DNA of 64,000 bases, taken from contig JAZQOF010000004.1 in assembly GCA_045627785.1 (NCBI GenBank), positions 53,948-117,947 on the forward strand, read 5' to 3'. Source of the DNA: Bacteroidales bacterium. Lineage in GTDB: Bacteria; Bacteroidota; Bacteroidia; Bacteroidales; UBA3663. Below the pieces are notes generated by a model, which worked only from the letters and a program-made list of their open reading frames with translations, searched no databases and was not told where the DNA came from. The position numbers and the translations under genes were made by a program. Shown here piece after piece: positions 43,485-53,287 of this stretch; position 1 is the first letter of the stretch; the number at the start of each line of letters is the position of its first letter.

Positions 43485-45297
43485 GAATGTTTAACAGAGA
43501 ACTATTTGTTCCTACAACATCACCATCGTCTTTCGAATGAATGAGTAAGGCGAGGACAGATGCGATATTGTTGGTCTCACTCTCTTTTATGTCTTTGACC
43601 AAAAGTTGAATGTTGTTATTTGAATAAGTATTCTCTTCAATCGTAAATACTATATCAAATGGCTTTCCGCTCTTGACAATATCAAATTTGTCAGCCATGT
43701 TAAATGCAATTCCACTATGTGTGAAATTTGTTTCCGGATCATACATCTCAAGTCGTATGTGTTCGAGTTCTTTTCCGACGAGACGACTTCCTCCGTGATC
43801 TTTGATTTTTCGGCAGACAAATAAAGGCTTGTTGTTGCCAGGACCGAAAGGAGCGAGGATCTTTAAGCTCTTGAACAAGCGATTTGTTACTTCGCGGAAT
43901 TTCACTTCCATGTCAATGTCCAGATGCTGTTGCTGCTGAGCGTCAGTAATATGATCTTCAACCCATTTCTCAATACGTTCCTCGAGTTCGGCAATATTTT
44001 CTTCCTTCAATGTTAAGCCAGCTGCATATGTGTGTCCACCGAAGTTTTCTACCAAGTCTCGGCAAGAATCAATAGCACTGTAAACATCAAAACCTTGTAT
44101 TGAACGAGCAGAACCACTTGCAAATCCACAAGCGGAAGTGAGTACAATTGCAGGACGATAGAAATGTTCAGTAAGGCGACTTGCTACAATTCCAATTACA
44201 CCTTTGTGCCATTCCGGATTATAGACCAAAACAGATTTCTTTTCCGAAAGATCCATTGCATTTACCATTGCCAATGCTTCTTCCGTAATCCTCTTATCAA
44301 GTTCCTTTCTTGTTTCGTTGTATTTTGCAATATGATCTGCGCTTATCTTTGCTGTGTCCTTATCTTTTGCAATAAGCAAATCAACAGCTTCTTTTCCGCA
44401 CATCATACGTCCAGATGCATTGATGCGAGGACCGATTTTGAAGACAATATCAGAATTCGTAATTGTCTTTCCTGTCAATCCGCATTGGTCGATGATGCAT
44501 TGAATACCTTCGCAAGGACTTTCGTTGAGACGGCGTAATCCATTATAAGACAACACTCTGTTCTCACCAGTCATTGGAACTATATCAGTAGCGATACTCA
44601 TTGCACATAAATCGAGCAATGGATAAATCATTGCCAATTCGTTGAGACCATTGTTGCGAGCGAAAGCCTGCATGAACTTTAATCCGACGCCACACGCAGA
44701 AAGATGAGGATAAGGATATTCGTCGTCAACACGTTTCGGGTCAAGGACAGCTACAGCTTCTGGAAGTTCATCATCTGGTTTATGGTGATCACAGATAATA
44801 AAATCGATGCCTTTAGACTTGGCATATCTGACCATATTAATGGCTTTGATGCCGCAATCCAAAGTTATTACGAGTTTTACTCCAGTGTCGTATGCGTAGT
44901 CGATTCCTTTTTCAGATATACCATATCCGTCATCGTAACGATCTGGAATATAATAGTCTAATGCGGAATAGAAATTGCGTAAGAAACGATATACCAAAGC
45001 AACGGCACTTGTGCCATCGACATCGTAATCTCCGTAAATGAGTATTTTCTCTTTACGTCCTATAGCTTCGTTCAGTCTTTGAACGGCTTTATCCATATCC
45101 TTCATGAGGAATGGATCATGCAACCCTGTCGAGAGTTGCGGTCTAAAGAAGTGTCGTGCTTCTTCTGCATTTGTCACACCTCGCTGAACGAGCAGATGGG
45201 CGACAATCGGATTGAGTTTTAATTCAGATATTAATCCATCCTTGATCTCTTTCTGTTCGTTTGTGAGAGTACGACAATTCCATTGGTAATTGGTCAT
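43477..45297 (-). CDS. recJ: Single-stranded-DNA-specific exonuclease RecJ
   Basis: DHH motifs (IYGDYDVDGT, ITLDCG, ICDHH) and a DHHA1 motif (GGHTYAAG). Confidence 0.92.
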   Translation of the reverse strand: MTNYQWNCRTLTNEQKEIKDGLISELKLNPIVAHLLVQRGVTNAEEARHFFRPQLSTGLHDPFLMKDMDKAVQRLNEAIGRKEKILIYGDYDVDGTSAVALVYRFLRNFYSALDYYIPDRYDDGYGISEKGIDYAYDTGVKLVITLDCGIKAINMVRYAKSKGIDFIICDHHKPDDELPEAVAVLDPKRVDDEYPYPHLSACGVGLKFMQAFARNNGLNELAMIYPLLDLCAMSIATDIVPMTGENRVLSYNGLRRLNESPCEGIQCIIDQCGLTGKTITNSDIVFKIGPRINASGRMMCGKEAVDLLIAKDKDTAKISADHIAKYNETRKELDKRITEEALAMVNAMDLSEKKSVLVYNPEWHKGVIGIVASRLTEHFYRPAIVLTSACGFASGSARSIQGFDVYSAIDSCRDLVENFGGHTYAAGLTLKEENIAELEERIEKWVEDHITDAQQQQHLDIDMEVKFREVTNRLFKSLKILAPFGPGNNKPLFVCRKIKDHGGSRLVGKELEHIRLEMYDPETNFTHSGIAFNMADKFDIVKSGKPFDIVFTIEENTYSNNNIQLLVKDIKESETNNIASVLALLIHSKDDGDVVGTNSSLLNIHE

Positions 45298-46360
45298 TAT
45301 CTATTTTTTTATAATTAAACGAGAGAAGAGATTCCTGACGCACTGGCAGAAGCCAAGCTTTCTGGAATGGGGTAGTAGTACGCACTTCTTCAAGGTATTT
45401 CTCACCTTCAGCGCGATCAGTGAATGTTTTCAAATATAAACGGAAACGTCCGTCTTTCTCGAGGATACCGACATTCTCGTATCCTTCGCTGTTTCTTTTC
45501 TTGACAAAATGTTCGGCTTCTGTCGAAGATGTACAACTTCCAATGATTATATAATATAGTTTTGAAGGAGTTGTTGTATTCAAAGTTTGAGTCTCGGTTT
45601 CAACTTTTGGCTCTTCTGTTACTGTTTCTTCTTTTGGAGTTTCTTCTATGATTTCTTTTGGAGTATTTGCTTCAACTTCCGAGAGTGTTAATTCGGTTTC
45701 CCATAATTCGTCCCAGTTTTGTGCTGTTGGAGTGTTTGGACACAATTTGTCCAAAACTATCTCGGAGTCAAACAAAGATGCATATTCGTAAATATTGGAC
45801 TTCTTGTCGAAATCGTTATCTACTAAGAAACAGAGTAAAAGTGCAACGACAGCAGCAACTCGTTTTACCCAATATGTTGGAATAGAAACAACTTCTACAG
45901 TATCTTTCTTGCTGCCGAAAGACTTGTTTCTATCTTCTTCGATTTCTTTCCATGTCTTAATTTCTAATGCATTCAATCCATAGGATTCTGTATCAAATGG
46001 AATCTGCTTAGCGTTTTTTAGAGTAAGATGATGGTCAGAATCGTATGAGAGTGTTCCTAAGTTGCCAAGTTTGTAGGAATTGTTTCTGCCAAGCTGGTTC
46101 TTGATGTTTGCTACTTCAAATTGAATTTGAGAAGTCGCTTGTTCGAATGACAGATTGTTGGCTTCCATATATGCATTTGCTAACATGCCGTCATTCTTAG
46201 TCAAAAATCTATTTAAGTGCACTTCATAATGGGATGGAGTGTAAATATGATTTTTGTAGGATGCATCAATTTCTCTCAACAAGAATCCACCAATGCCAGG
46301 CACATAAGCGTAGTGTCTGGTCATCAAAGTGTATTCTATGTATGTCGAAAATGAGTACAT
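45224..46360 (-). CDS. HU-like N-terminal domain / SPOR C-terminal domain protein
   Basis: N-terminal YVPGIGGFLLR block, a central TM helix (VAAVVALLLCFLV) and a C-terminal SPOR-like YYIIIGSCTSSTEAEHFVKK...RLYLKTF. The 3' end overlaps the recJ start by 74 nt. Confidence 0.6.
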   Translation of the reverse strand: MYSFSTYIEYTLMTRHYAYVPGIGGFLLREIDASYKNHIYTPSHYEVHLNRFLTKNDGMLANAYMEANNLSFEQATSQIQFEVANIKNQLGRNNSYKLGNLGTLSYDSDHHLTLKNAKQIPFDTESYGLNALEIKTWKEIEEDRNKSFGSKKDTVEVVSIPTYWVKRVAAVVALLLCFLVDNDFDKKSNIYEYASLFDSEIVLDKLCPNTPTAQNWDELWETELTLSEVEANTPKEIIEETPKEETVTEEPKVETETQTLNTTTPSKLYYIIIGSCTSSTEAEHFVKKRNSEGYENVGILEKDGRFRLYLKTFTDRAEGEKYLEEVRTTTPFQKAWLLPVRQESLLSFNYKKIDNDQLPMELSYSHKRTERDQGWINI

Positions 46361-46431
46361 GTTGTTATGTTATATTCGTGCAAATATAATAAAAAACTTG
46401 AAAAACAAGAAATTTTCGAAAAAAAATGTGC

Positions 46432-47283
46432 TTATTTTTTCAATCTATTGTACATATCTATTGCAGCAGACTCAGGAAGACCAAGTTCTATTGCTTTATT
46501 TAAGTCTCTGCGAGCATATTCTTTATCGTTCTTTGCCATTCGGATTTTGGCTCTCATGAAATAGGAAAGAGGGTCTTTCCCGTTCATCTCAATGCTCTTG
46601 TTTATATCTTGTAAGGCAGCTGCAAAACGTCTGCTCAGGTAATAGACTTCAGCTCGATCTCTCAGCAAACTCCAACTCTTTGGATTGGCTTTTATCAATG
46701 CATCGTAAAGTTCTACAGCCATTGCGTTTTCGCCCATGACTTTGTAAACTTGTGCCATTCCAAGTCTGGATTTTGCACTCTTCGGATTAAGTTGGTCAAT
46801 GCGCTCTAAATCGATTCTTGCACCTAATGTGTCCTGCCTCATCAGACGACAAAGAGCACGTTCGTAAAGTGCCTCTTCGTCTTTGTCGTTTCTGGTCAAT
46901 ATAACCGTATAGTCTTCAATGGCTTTGTCATATTCTTCCATCTCTGAAAAAAGAGATGCTCTTGATGAGTAAGCAATGGAATTATCTTCAAGAAGAGAGA
47001 TTGCACAAGAGTAGGAAATCTCGGCGTCCTTATATTTTTTCTGTTGACGTTGTATTGTTCCGAGATTTACGAACAGCAATCCGTTGCCAGGGTTTGCAGG
47101 TTCCAATCTCATAGCATTTTTCAGATACTCTTCTGCGTCCGATATTTTGTCCTCGTCTAAGGCATCGAAACTTGCAGTTATCCAACCTTCATAGGTTTTT
47201 ATGGTATCTGTTTGCGCATACATATTGAAATGCAATGAAATCAAAAACAAAAACAATACATATGATAGTCGTCTATTATTCAT
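46432..47283 (-). CDS. Secreted tetratricopeptide-repeat protein
   Basis: TPR units throughout. I chose the start at 47283 (MNNRRLSYVLFLFLISLHFNMYAQ signal peptide) rather than the ORF-track start at 47346. Confidence 0.6.
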   Translation of the reverse strand: MNNRRLSYVLFLFLISLHFNMYAQTDTIKTYEGWITASFDALDEDKISDAEEYLKNAMRLEPANPGNGLLFVNLGTIQRQQKKYKDAEISYSCAISLLEDNSIAYSSRASLFSEMEEYDKAIEDYTVILTRNDKDEEALYERALCRLMRQDTLGARIDLERIDQLNPKSAKSRLGMAQVYKVMGENAMAVELYDALIKANPKSWSLLRDRAEVYYLSRRFAAALQDINKSIEMNGKDPLSYFMRAKIRMAKNDKEYARRDLNKAIELGLPESAAIDMYNRLKK

Positions 47284-47302
47284 CTTTTTCTTTAATTTTG
47301 TG

Positions 47303-47310
47303 CAAATATA
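47303..47310 (-). promoter_or_regulatory. -7 promoter box (TATATTTG on the minus strand) for the TPR gene
   Basis: Plus-strand CAAATATA. Lies 19 nt upstream of the ATG at 47283. Part of a divergent promoter pair. Confidence 0.4.
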
Positions 47311-47333
47311 ATTGAAAATGTCGAATAATTGAT

Positions 47334-47341
47334 TATCTTTG
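47334..47341 (+). promoter_or_regulatory. -7 promoter box TATCTTTG for the plus-strand gene run starting at 47364
   Basis: Exact TAnnTTTG match 22 nt upstream of the ATG. Confidence 0.45.
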
Positions 47342-47363
47342 CACATCTTTTAATAAATATTAT

Positions 47364-48182
47364 ATGATTAAGTTTTGGAAATACATTTTGAATAAGAAAT
47401 TGACGCTGTTGGCTATTATGCTGATGTCGCTTTCTTCTTGTAGTTCCATCATTCATCAGCAATCTTCGAAGATCATTAAAATTGATTCGATCAATACAAT
47501 TGAATCAGATACAACTGTAGCTTTGTTCTCTTCTTATGAGAATCCTAATTGTCATTTGAGGTTTAAGCTGGATGTTCCTGTAAAAGCCTATTCCCAAAAG
47601 ACAGTTGAAGCAGCAGAACTTATGATTATTACTTTGATAAACGAGAAATATATTCATGAGACTTCATCTCTGGAAGAAGTGATGAGATTATATACAAAAG
47701 AATATATTTTCAATTATCTCAAAAATGGGATTAACTCACAGACAGAAAGTGAGGATGATCAAACTGATTCAGAAGAATGGATGAATTATGAGGAACGATT
47801 CAGAGGAAAGGTTTTGTTCAATGACAAAAACATTTTTTCTTATTCACTCCGGAATTTTTCATTTTCAGGAGGTGCTCATGAGAATATAACAAATAATGTT
47901 TCTTCTCTTGATTTAAAAACCAATAAAATAATTACTCTGGATTATCTTTTCACAGATGAAAATCTAAAAAAGATTCATGATTTGATTATTGAGAATCTTA
48001 ATAAAGAATTTCAACTGTTGACAGATGAGATTGACGTAGTTCCTAATTTCTATTTGTCGGACGAAGGTATTACTTTTGTCTATAATCCTCTCGATATAGC
48101 AGCGTATTCCGATGGAGAGTTAAAGACGACTTTGTCTTGGAACGTCGTCGAACCTCTTCTCAAGTATAACCCAATCAATTAA
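47364..48182 (+). CDS. Lipoprotein with DUF4163/DUF3298-like (RsiV-type) domains
   Basis: Lipobox LSSCSS. The GGAHENITNN...LDLKTNKIITLDYLF block is characteristic of DUF3298-type proteins. Confidence 0.55.
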   Translation: MIKFWKYILNKKLTLLAIMLMSLSSCSSIIHQQSSKIIKIDSINTIESDTTVALFSSYENPNCHLRFKLDVPVKAYSQKTVEAAELMIITLINEKYIHETSSLEEVMRLYTKEYIFNYLKNGINSQTESEDDQTDSEEWMNYEERFRGKVLFNDKNIFSYSLRNFSFSGGAHENITNNVSSLDLKTNKIITLDYLFTDENLKKIHDLIIENLNKEFQLLTDEIDVVPNFYLSDEGITFVYNPLDIAAYSDGELKTTLSWNVVEPLLKYNPIN

Positions 48183-48185
48183 ACA

Positions 48186-48809
48186 ATGGATTTTGTCAAA
48201 TATTTTCCAGAATTAACAGAAAAGCAGATCGAGCAATATGCAGCTTTAAAGGAGTTGTATACAGATTGGAATGCAAAAATTAATGTTATTTCCCGAAAAG
48301 ACATTGAGAATCTCTACGAACATCATGTTCAGCATTCGTTAGCTATATCGAAATTTGTTGAAGAGACTCTTGGAGGTTGGAAAGCTGATTCTACAATTGT
48401 TGACGTTGGTTGCGGCGGTGGTTTTCCTGGAATTCCTTTGGCGATTATGTATCCGGATTGTCATTTCCTGTTGGTCGATCGAATTGGAAAGAAAGTTAAA
48501 GTCGCACAGGAAATAGCAAAATCGATAGGATTGACAAATGTTGATTTCCGTCACGCCGGCATCGAAGAAGTTAAAGACACTTTTAACTATTCTGTCAGTC
48601 GTGCAGTAATGAATCTTCCTGATCTTCTAAAACTTGTAAAAAGAGTTACGAGAAATGGCTTGATATGTTTGAAAGGCGGAGCCTTGGACGAAGAAATGAC
48701 TCCGGCAATTGCCAGGAATACGGTAATCAAGGACATTAAGGATTATTTTGACGAAGAATTCTTTGAGACTAAAAAAGTTGTCTATACAGTTATTCCAAAT
48801 AAGAAATGA
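48186..48809 (+). CDS. rsmG: 16S rRNA (guanine527-N7)-methyltransferase RsmG
   Basis: N-terminal L..Y..L...WN.KINV..., HHVQHSL, and the SAM motif VDVGCGGGFPGIPLAI. Confidence 0.88.
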   Translation: MDFVKYFPELTEKQIEQYAALKELYTDWNAKINVISRKDIENLYEHHVQHSLAISKFVEETLGGWKADSTIVDVGCGGGFPGIPLAIMYPDCHFLLVDRIGKKVKVAQEIAKSIGLTNVDFRHAGIEEVKDTFNYSVSRAVMNLPDLLKLVKRVTRNGLICLKGGALDEEMTPAIARNTVIKDIKDYFDEEFFETKKVVYTVIPNKK

Positions 48810-49456
48810 AAATAAAAGTTTTTATCAATAACGAATTCGGTGAGAATTGTTATGTCGCTTTTGACGAAATGTCTAAAGAGGCAATAATCATTGATCCGGG
48901 TATGGTTACTGAAAAAGAACAGCAAAAGGTTGGATCGTTTGTTAAGGACAATGAATTGACCATCAAACATATTCTTTTGACACATAGTCATGTTGATCAT
49001 GTTTATGGTTGCAGTTATTGTGTAAAGGAATTCGGATTGGGAATAACTGGATGTCTGGAAGATCAGTTGAGTTTGCCGTCAGCTCATTTACAAGCTCAAT
49101 TGTTTGGAGTTACAGATTGTGGAACTGTTCCTTCTATTACGACAAATATCGGAGAAGGAGACACTTTGCACTTTGGCAATTTGGATATTAAGGTTATAGA
49201 TTGTCCAGGTCATAGTCATCATGGTCTATGTTTCTATATTCCTCAATCAAAAGTTGTTTTCACTGGAGATGTTTTGTTTAACATGAGTGTCGGCAGATCT
49301 GATTTTGGCCCTAAATTTGGTGGGGACGGTGCAAAACTGATTGAAAACATTAAGAGCAAACTGCTCACGCTTCCGAGTGATGTGGATGTTTATCCAGGAC
49401 ATGGACCTCGTACGGCAATAGAACTTGAAATTAAAAGAAATCCATATTTGATTTGA
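48806..49456 (+). CDS. MBL-fold metallo-hydrolase (glyoxalase II-like)
   Basis: HSHVDH metal motif, with GHSHHG and GHG blocks. Confidence 0.8.
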   Translation: MKIKVFINNEFGENCYVAFDEMSKEAIIIDPGMVTEKEQQKVGSFVKDNELTIKHILLTHSHVDHVYGCSYCVKEFGLGITGCLEDQLSLPSAHLQAQLFGVTDCGTVPSITTNIGEGDTLHFGNLDIKVIDCPGHSHHGLCFYIPQSKVVFTGDVLFNMSVGRSDFGPKFGGDGAKLIENIKSKLLTLPSDVDVYPGHGPRTAIELEIKRNPYLI

Positions 49457-49457
49457 T

Positions 49458-49634
49458 ATGCATATTCCTCAAGATCCGGAAATGCTTTATAGCATGATAA
49501 ATATGAAGCTTAGAGATTCCTATGATTCTTTCAGCTCACTTTGCGAAGATGAAGATATAGATGAACAAATGGTTGAATCTGTTCTTAATAAAGCAGGATA
49601 TTTTTATAACAAAGAAATAAATCAATTCAGATGA
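49458..49634 (+). CDS. Small conserved protein (58 aa), DUF4250-like
   Basis: Absent from the ORF track, probably because of its short length. Read by hand: MHIPQDPEMLYSMINMKLRDSYDSFSSLCEDEDIDEQMVESVLNKAGYFYNKEINQFR. It fills the gap exactly and its stop overlaps the yicC ATG (ATGA). Confidence 0.6.
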   Translation: MHIPQDPEMLYSMINMKLRDSYDSFSSLCEDEDIDEQMVESVLNKAGYFYNKEINQFR

Positions 49635-50527
49635 TATATTCAATGACAGGTTTCGGCAAGGCTGTTGCTGAAATTAAAAATAAGAAGGTTACAGTTGAAA
49701 TCAAGTCGCTCAATAGCAAGCAGCTTGATCTCAATGTAAAATGTGCTTACCAATATCGTGAGAAGGAAATGGAGTTCCGTCAGATGGTTCAGAAGGCGTT
49801 GCAAAGAGGCAAGGTTGATATGTCTATTACTGTCGAACTCAATGTTGCTGATAGTGCACCACGTGTAAACACAGAATTGTTGAAGGTTTATAAGGCTCAG
49901 TTCGAATCTGCTCGTCATGAGCTTAATCTTGCACAACCTGGACTTGATCCGGAATCATCGGCTCTTTATCTCCAGCTCCTTATGAGAATGCCTAATGCGA
50001 TTCTTACAGAAACTGCAGAAGTAGAGGAAGATGAGCTCATTGAAGTTTCAAAGACTGTTGAAAAAGCAATTTCTGCTCTTATTGATTTCAGAAAGCAGGA
50101 AGGAGAATCATTGTATAATGTATTTACTTCGAAGGTTAATAATATTGGAGCTCTTTTGAAAAGCGTTGAACCATACGAGAAGGAAAGAACTGAAAAGATC
50201 CGTCAATCTCTTTTAGATAAGCTCTCTCAGTTGCCTGCTGATTACGATAAGAATCGTTTCGAGCAAGAGTTGATCTACTATATTGAGAAACTCGATATCA
50301 ATGAAGAGAAACATCGTCTTGATAACCATCTCAAGTATTTCGTTGAAACTATGGATGGCAATGAAGAGAATGGAGCAGGTAAGAAGCTCGGTTTCATTGC
50401 ACAAGAGATGGGACGAGAAATAAATACACTCGGAAGTAAATCTAATCATGCAGAGATGCAGCGAATCGTCGTTAAGATGAAAGATGAACTCGAGCAGATT
50501 AAGGAACAGGTATTGAATGTATTATAA
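49631..50527 (+). CDS. yicC: YicC-family stress-induced protein (endoribonuclease YicC)
   Basis: N-terminal SMTGFGKA and the C-terminal DUF1732 block KLGFIAQEMGREINTLGSKSN. Confidence 0.85.
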   Translation: MIYSMTGFGKAVAEIKNKKVTVEIKSLNSKQLDLNVKCAYQYREKEMEFRQMVQKALQRGKVDMSITVELNVADSAPRVNTELLKVYKAQFESARHELNLAQPGLDPESSALYLQLLMRMPNAILTETAEVEEDELIEVSKTVEKAISALIDFRKQEGESLYNVFTSKVNNIGALLKSVEPYEKERTEKIRQSLLDKLSQLPADYDKNRFEQELIYYIEKLDINEEKHRLDNHLKYFVETMDGNEENGAGKKLGFIAQEMGREINTLGSKSNHAEMQRIVVKMKDELEQIKEQVLNVL

Positions 50528-50530
50528 ACT

Positions 50531-51094
50531 ATGGGAAAACTAATTATATTCAGTGCTCCATCTGGAAGTGGTAAATCGACTTTGGTTAACCATCTGTTGA
50601 GTCAGCCGGATGCAAAATATGCTTTCAGTGTCTCTTGTACAAGTCGTGCTCCTCGTGGTACAGAACAACATGGGAAAGAATACTATTTCCTTTCTCCAGA
50701 AGAGTTCCGTCAGCGTATTGCTAACGATGAGTTCCTGGAGTATGAGGAAGTATATGCTGATAAATTCTATGGCACGTTGAAGAGTGAGGTCGAAAGACTT
50801 TCTAACGAAGGTTACACCGTTCTTTTTGATGTGGATGTCAAGGGTGGAATTAATATTAAGAAGTTCTATGGAGACAGGGCTTTAAGCATATTCGTTCAAC
50901 CTCCTTCAATTGAAGAGCTTTCTCGTCGTTTGCATGGAAGAGGAACTGATACAGAGGAAGTGATTCAGACGCGTCTTGCAAAAGCAGAATATGAACTAAC
51001 TTTCGCTTCTCAGTTCGATAGAATAATAGTCAATGATGATCTTGAAACTGCAAAGGCTGAATTGTTGACTGTTGTTGATAGCTTCTTGAAATGA
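50531..51094 (+). CDS. gmk: Guanylate kinase
   Basis: P-loop SAPSGSGKST, plus SCTSRAPRGTE..GKEYYF and EYEEVY blocks. Confidence 0.92.
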   Translation: MGKLIIFSAPSGSGKSTLVNHLLSQPDAKYAFSVSCTSRAPRGTEQHGKEYYFLSPEEFRQRIANDEFLEYEEVYADKFYGTLKSEVERLSNEGYTVLFDVDVKGGINIKKFYGDRALSIFVQPPSIEELSRRLHGRGTDTEEVIQTRLAKAEYELTFASQFDRIIVNDDLETAKAELLTVVDSFLK

Positions 51095-51675
51095 AAATAG
51101 GAATTTATTCGGGTTCGTTTAATCCTGTTCATATCGGACATGTTGCTTTAGCTGATTATATTATCGGACAAGGTATTGTCGATGAGATATGGATGATTCG
51201 TTCTCCTCAGAATCCGCTTAAGGTATCTTCGTCACTTCTTTCCGATGAACATCGGGCAAAGATGCTAGAAATTGCTATCAAAGATCATAAAGGGTTAAGA
51301 ATGTCTACAATTGAGGACACCCTTCCAAGACCAAATTATACTATAAATACTCTGATTGCATTAAAAGAACAGAATCCGTTTGATGATTTCTATTTGATTG
51401 TTGGTGCAGACAATTGGCTGATATTTGATAAATGGCGTGATTGGGAAAAGATATTATCAGATTTCCACTTGATCGTTTATCCTCGTCCAGGTTATGAAAT
51501 GCCGGAAATAGATACAGTTAAGTTTCCTACTGTTCAATATGTAGATGCGCCACAATATGACATTTCATCTACCGAAATACGAAAACTGATATCAGATAAT
51601 CAATCTGTAGAGGATTTGATAAGTCCAGAAGTTGATAAATACATAAAAGAAAATAGTCTATATGGCAATGTTTGA
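51091..51675 (+). CDS. nadD: Nicotinate-nucleotide adenylyltransferase
   Basis: GSFNPVHIGH (HxGH), with ISSTEIR near the C-terminus. Confidence 0.88.
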   Translation: MKIGIYSGSFNPVHIGHVALADYIIGQGIVDEIWMIRSPQNPLKVSSSLLSDEHRAKMLEIAIKDHKGLRMSTIEDTLPRPNYTINTLIALKEQNPFDDFYLIVGADNWLIFDKWRDWEKILSDFHLIVYPRPGYEMPEIDTVKFPTVQYVDAPQYDISSTEIRKLISDNQSVEDLISPEVDKYIKENSLYGNV

Positions 51676-52192
51676 TGAAAAAGAAACAATATATGCATCA
51701 TCTGTAATTGATTTTATTACAGTGTCAGCAGAATATTGCGTAACTCTTGAAAAGAATGAACCGATTGAGAAATTGGATTTCGTTTCTAAGATCACTAAAC
51801 TATTGCCATTAATATATGTAAAGGCGTCAACTCTTCCAAATATCGAGGAAGAAGACTTCGAGTTGCAGGATTATGTAACTGAAGAAGATTATAATTTCGT
51901 TCAGAATCGTGTGTGGAGTATATTGAAAGAGGATGATGAATATCTTGAAGTATTTGCTCCTGATTTTCAATATAGCGAAGCTCCAATTATGGCAACAATA
52001 AGTGAGAATCTTGCAGATATCTATCAGGACCTGAAGAATTTCATTTCGGTATATGCTGATAGAAATGAAGAGTGCATGGAAGCAGCTTTGTTCAAAGTTC
52101 AAGATAACTTCAAGAACTATTGGGGACAAAAGCTCGTCAATGCAATGAGACCTTTACATGAATGTCTTTATAAGGAACGCTCGTTTGAATAA
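51662..52192 (+). CDS. Conserved hypothetical protein (DUF5063-like, tentative)
   Basis: 176-aa acidic helical protein overlapping the nadD stop by 14 nt. The family name is recalled from similar Bacteroidota neighbourhoods and is not verified. Confidence 0.5.
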   Translation: MAMFDEKETIYASSVIDFITVSAEYCVTLEKNEPIEKLDFVSKITKLLPLIYVKASTLPNIEEEDFELQDYVTEEDYNFVQNRVWSILKEDDEYLEVFAPDFQYSEAPIMATISENLADIYQDLKNFISVYADRNEECMEAALFKVQDNFKNYWGQKLVNAMRPLHECLYKERSFE

Positions 52193-52199
52193 ATAGTTT

Positions 52200-52799
52200 A
52201 TGCAAGCTAAAATATCTAAAGAAGAATTAGAATCACTGCCAAAGGTTGATTTTTCAGGAACAATCAAAGTTATTAATGACTTTGAACAGGCTAAAATTGC
52301 TGTTCAAGAAATTAAGGATGCGCATACTTTGATTGGGTTTGATACAGAAACACGTCCGTCGTTTACAAAAGGTGTCGTTTATAAGGTTTCGCTTATTCAA
52401 TTATCTGTTGGAAATACAGCATATCTCTTTCGCCTGAATAAGATGAAAGGAATGTCTCCTGAACTTAAGGATTTACTTTGTGACAGTAATTATATTAAGG
52501 TAGGTCTTTCTACGCCAGATGATTTTCATAATCTGAGAAAATGGGATGATAGTCTTAAGCAAAAGGGCGTAATTGAAATACAGGATCATGTTAAGAAGTA
52601 TGGAATTGAAGACATGAGTCTTGCTAAGGTGTATGGTATTCTCTTCCGCAAGAAGATCTCAAAGAAACAACGCCTTACTAATTGGGATGCTGATGAATTA
52701 ACCGATAAACAGCAGCAATATGCTGCGCTTGATGCAGTAGCTTGTGTTGAGATTTATAATGAGCTGCTCAAAATGGGGCAGAAGATCATTTCTCAATAA
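52200..52799 (+). CDS. 3'-5' exonuclease (DEDDy, RNase D / WRN-exonuclease-like domain)
   Basis: ExoI IGFDTET, an ExoII-like block and ExoIII YAALDAVACVEIY. Confidence 0.75.
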   Translation: MQAKISKEELESLPKVDFSGTIKVINDFEQAKIAVQEIKDAHTLIGFDTETRPSFTKGVVYKVSLIQLSVGNTAYLFRLNKMKGMSPELKDLLCDSNYIKVGLSTPDDFHNLRKWDDSLKQKGVIEIQDHVKKYGIEDMSLAKVYGILFRKKISKKQRLTNWDADELTDKQQQYAALDAVACVEIYNELLKMGQKIISQ

Positions 52800-52832
52800 T
52801 CTGTTTTCTTTATTTATTATACCAAATAAAAC

Positions 52833-52864
52833 GGCCAATCACATACTCACGTATCTGATTGGCC
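52833..52864. terminator. Hairpin between convergent genes (likely terminator, best fit for minus-strand secG)
   Basis: 9-bp stem GGCCAATCA / TGATTGGCC with a 14-nt loop. On the minus strand it is followed by GTTTTATTTGG. Confidence 0.4.
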
Positions 52865-52922
52865 TAAATTGATGATGATTTGGAATAGGAGAAAAATGCT
52901 AATTAATTTGTTTGTTCAGCAT

Positions 52923-53276
52923 TTATTCTGCATCAGCAGCTTCTGCAGGAGTCTCTACAGAAGGCTCGTCAACAGTGTTTGTTGTGTTCTCTGGCAATGC
53001 TGGAAGAGCTACACCAGATTGTTCACGAATTGCACTCTGTTCAGAGCCACTGTTAACATGTGAGAAAAATACTGTACATACAATACAGAGAATAGCAATA
53101 ACACCCATAAGTGTCCAAGTTGCTTTCTCCAAGAAATCTGCAGTCTTAGGAGCACCCATAACCTGATTAGAAGACTGGAACTGAGCAGCGAGACCACCAC
53201 CCTTAGACTTCTGAACAAGTACAAGAGCAATCAAGAGTACAGAGATAATTACGATAATTACTGTAATAATTGCCAT
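52923..53276 (-). CDS. secG: Preprotein translocase subunit SecG
   Basis: Two TM helices with the diagnostic LVQKSKGGGL loop. C-terminal low-complexity tail. Confidence 0.8.
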   Translation of the reverse strand: MAIITVIIVIISVLLIALVLVQKSKGGGLAAQFQSSNQVMGAPKTADFLEKATWTLMGVIAILCIVCTVFFSHVNSGSEQSAIREQSGVALPALPENTTNTVDEPSVETPAEAADAE

Positions 53277-53287
53277 ATGTATATTTT

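Noticed and set aside
46432-47346. Longer start (47346) for the TPR protein
   Set aside because: The first 21 codons precede a canonical signal peptide that begins at the Met at 47283. They also overlap the divergent promoter boxes, so I prefer the shorter start.
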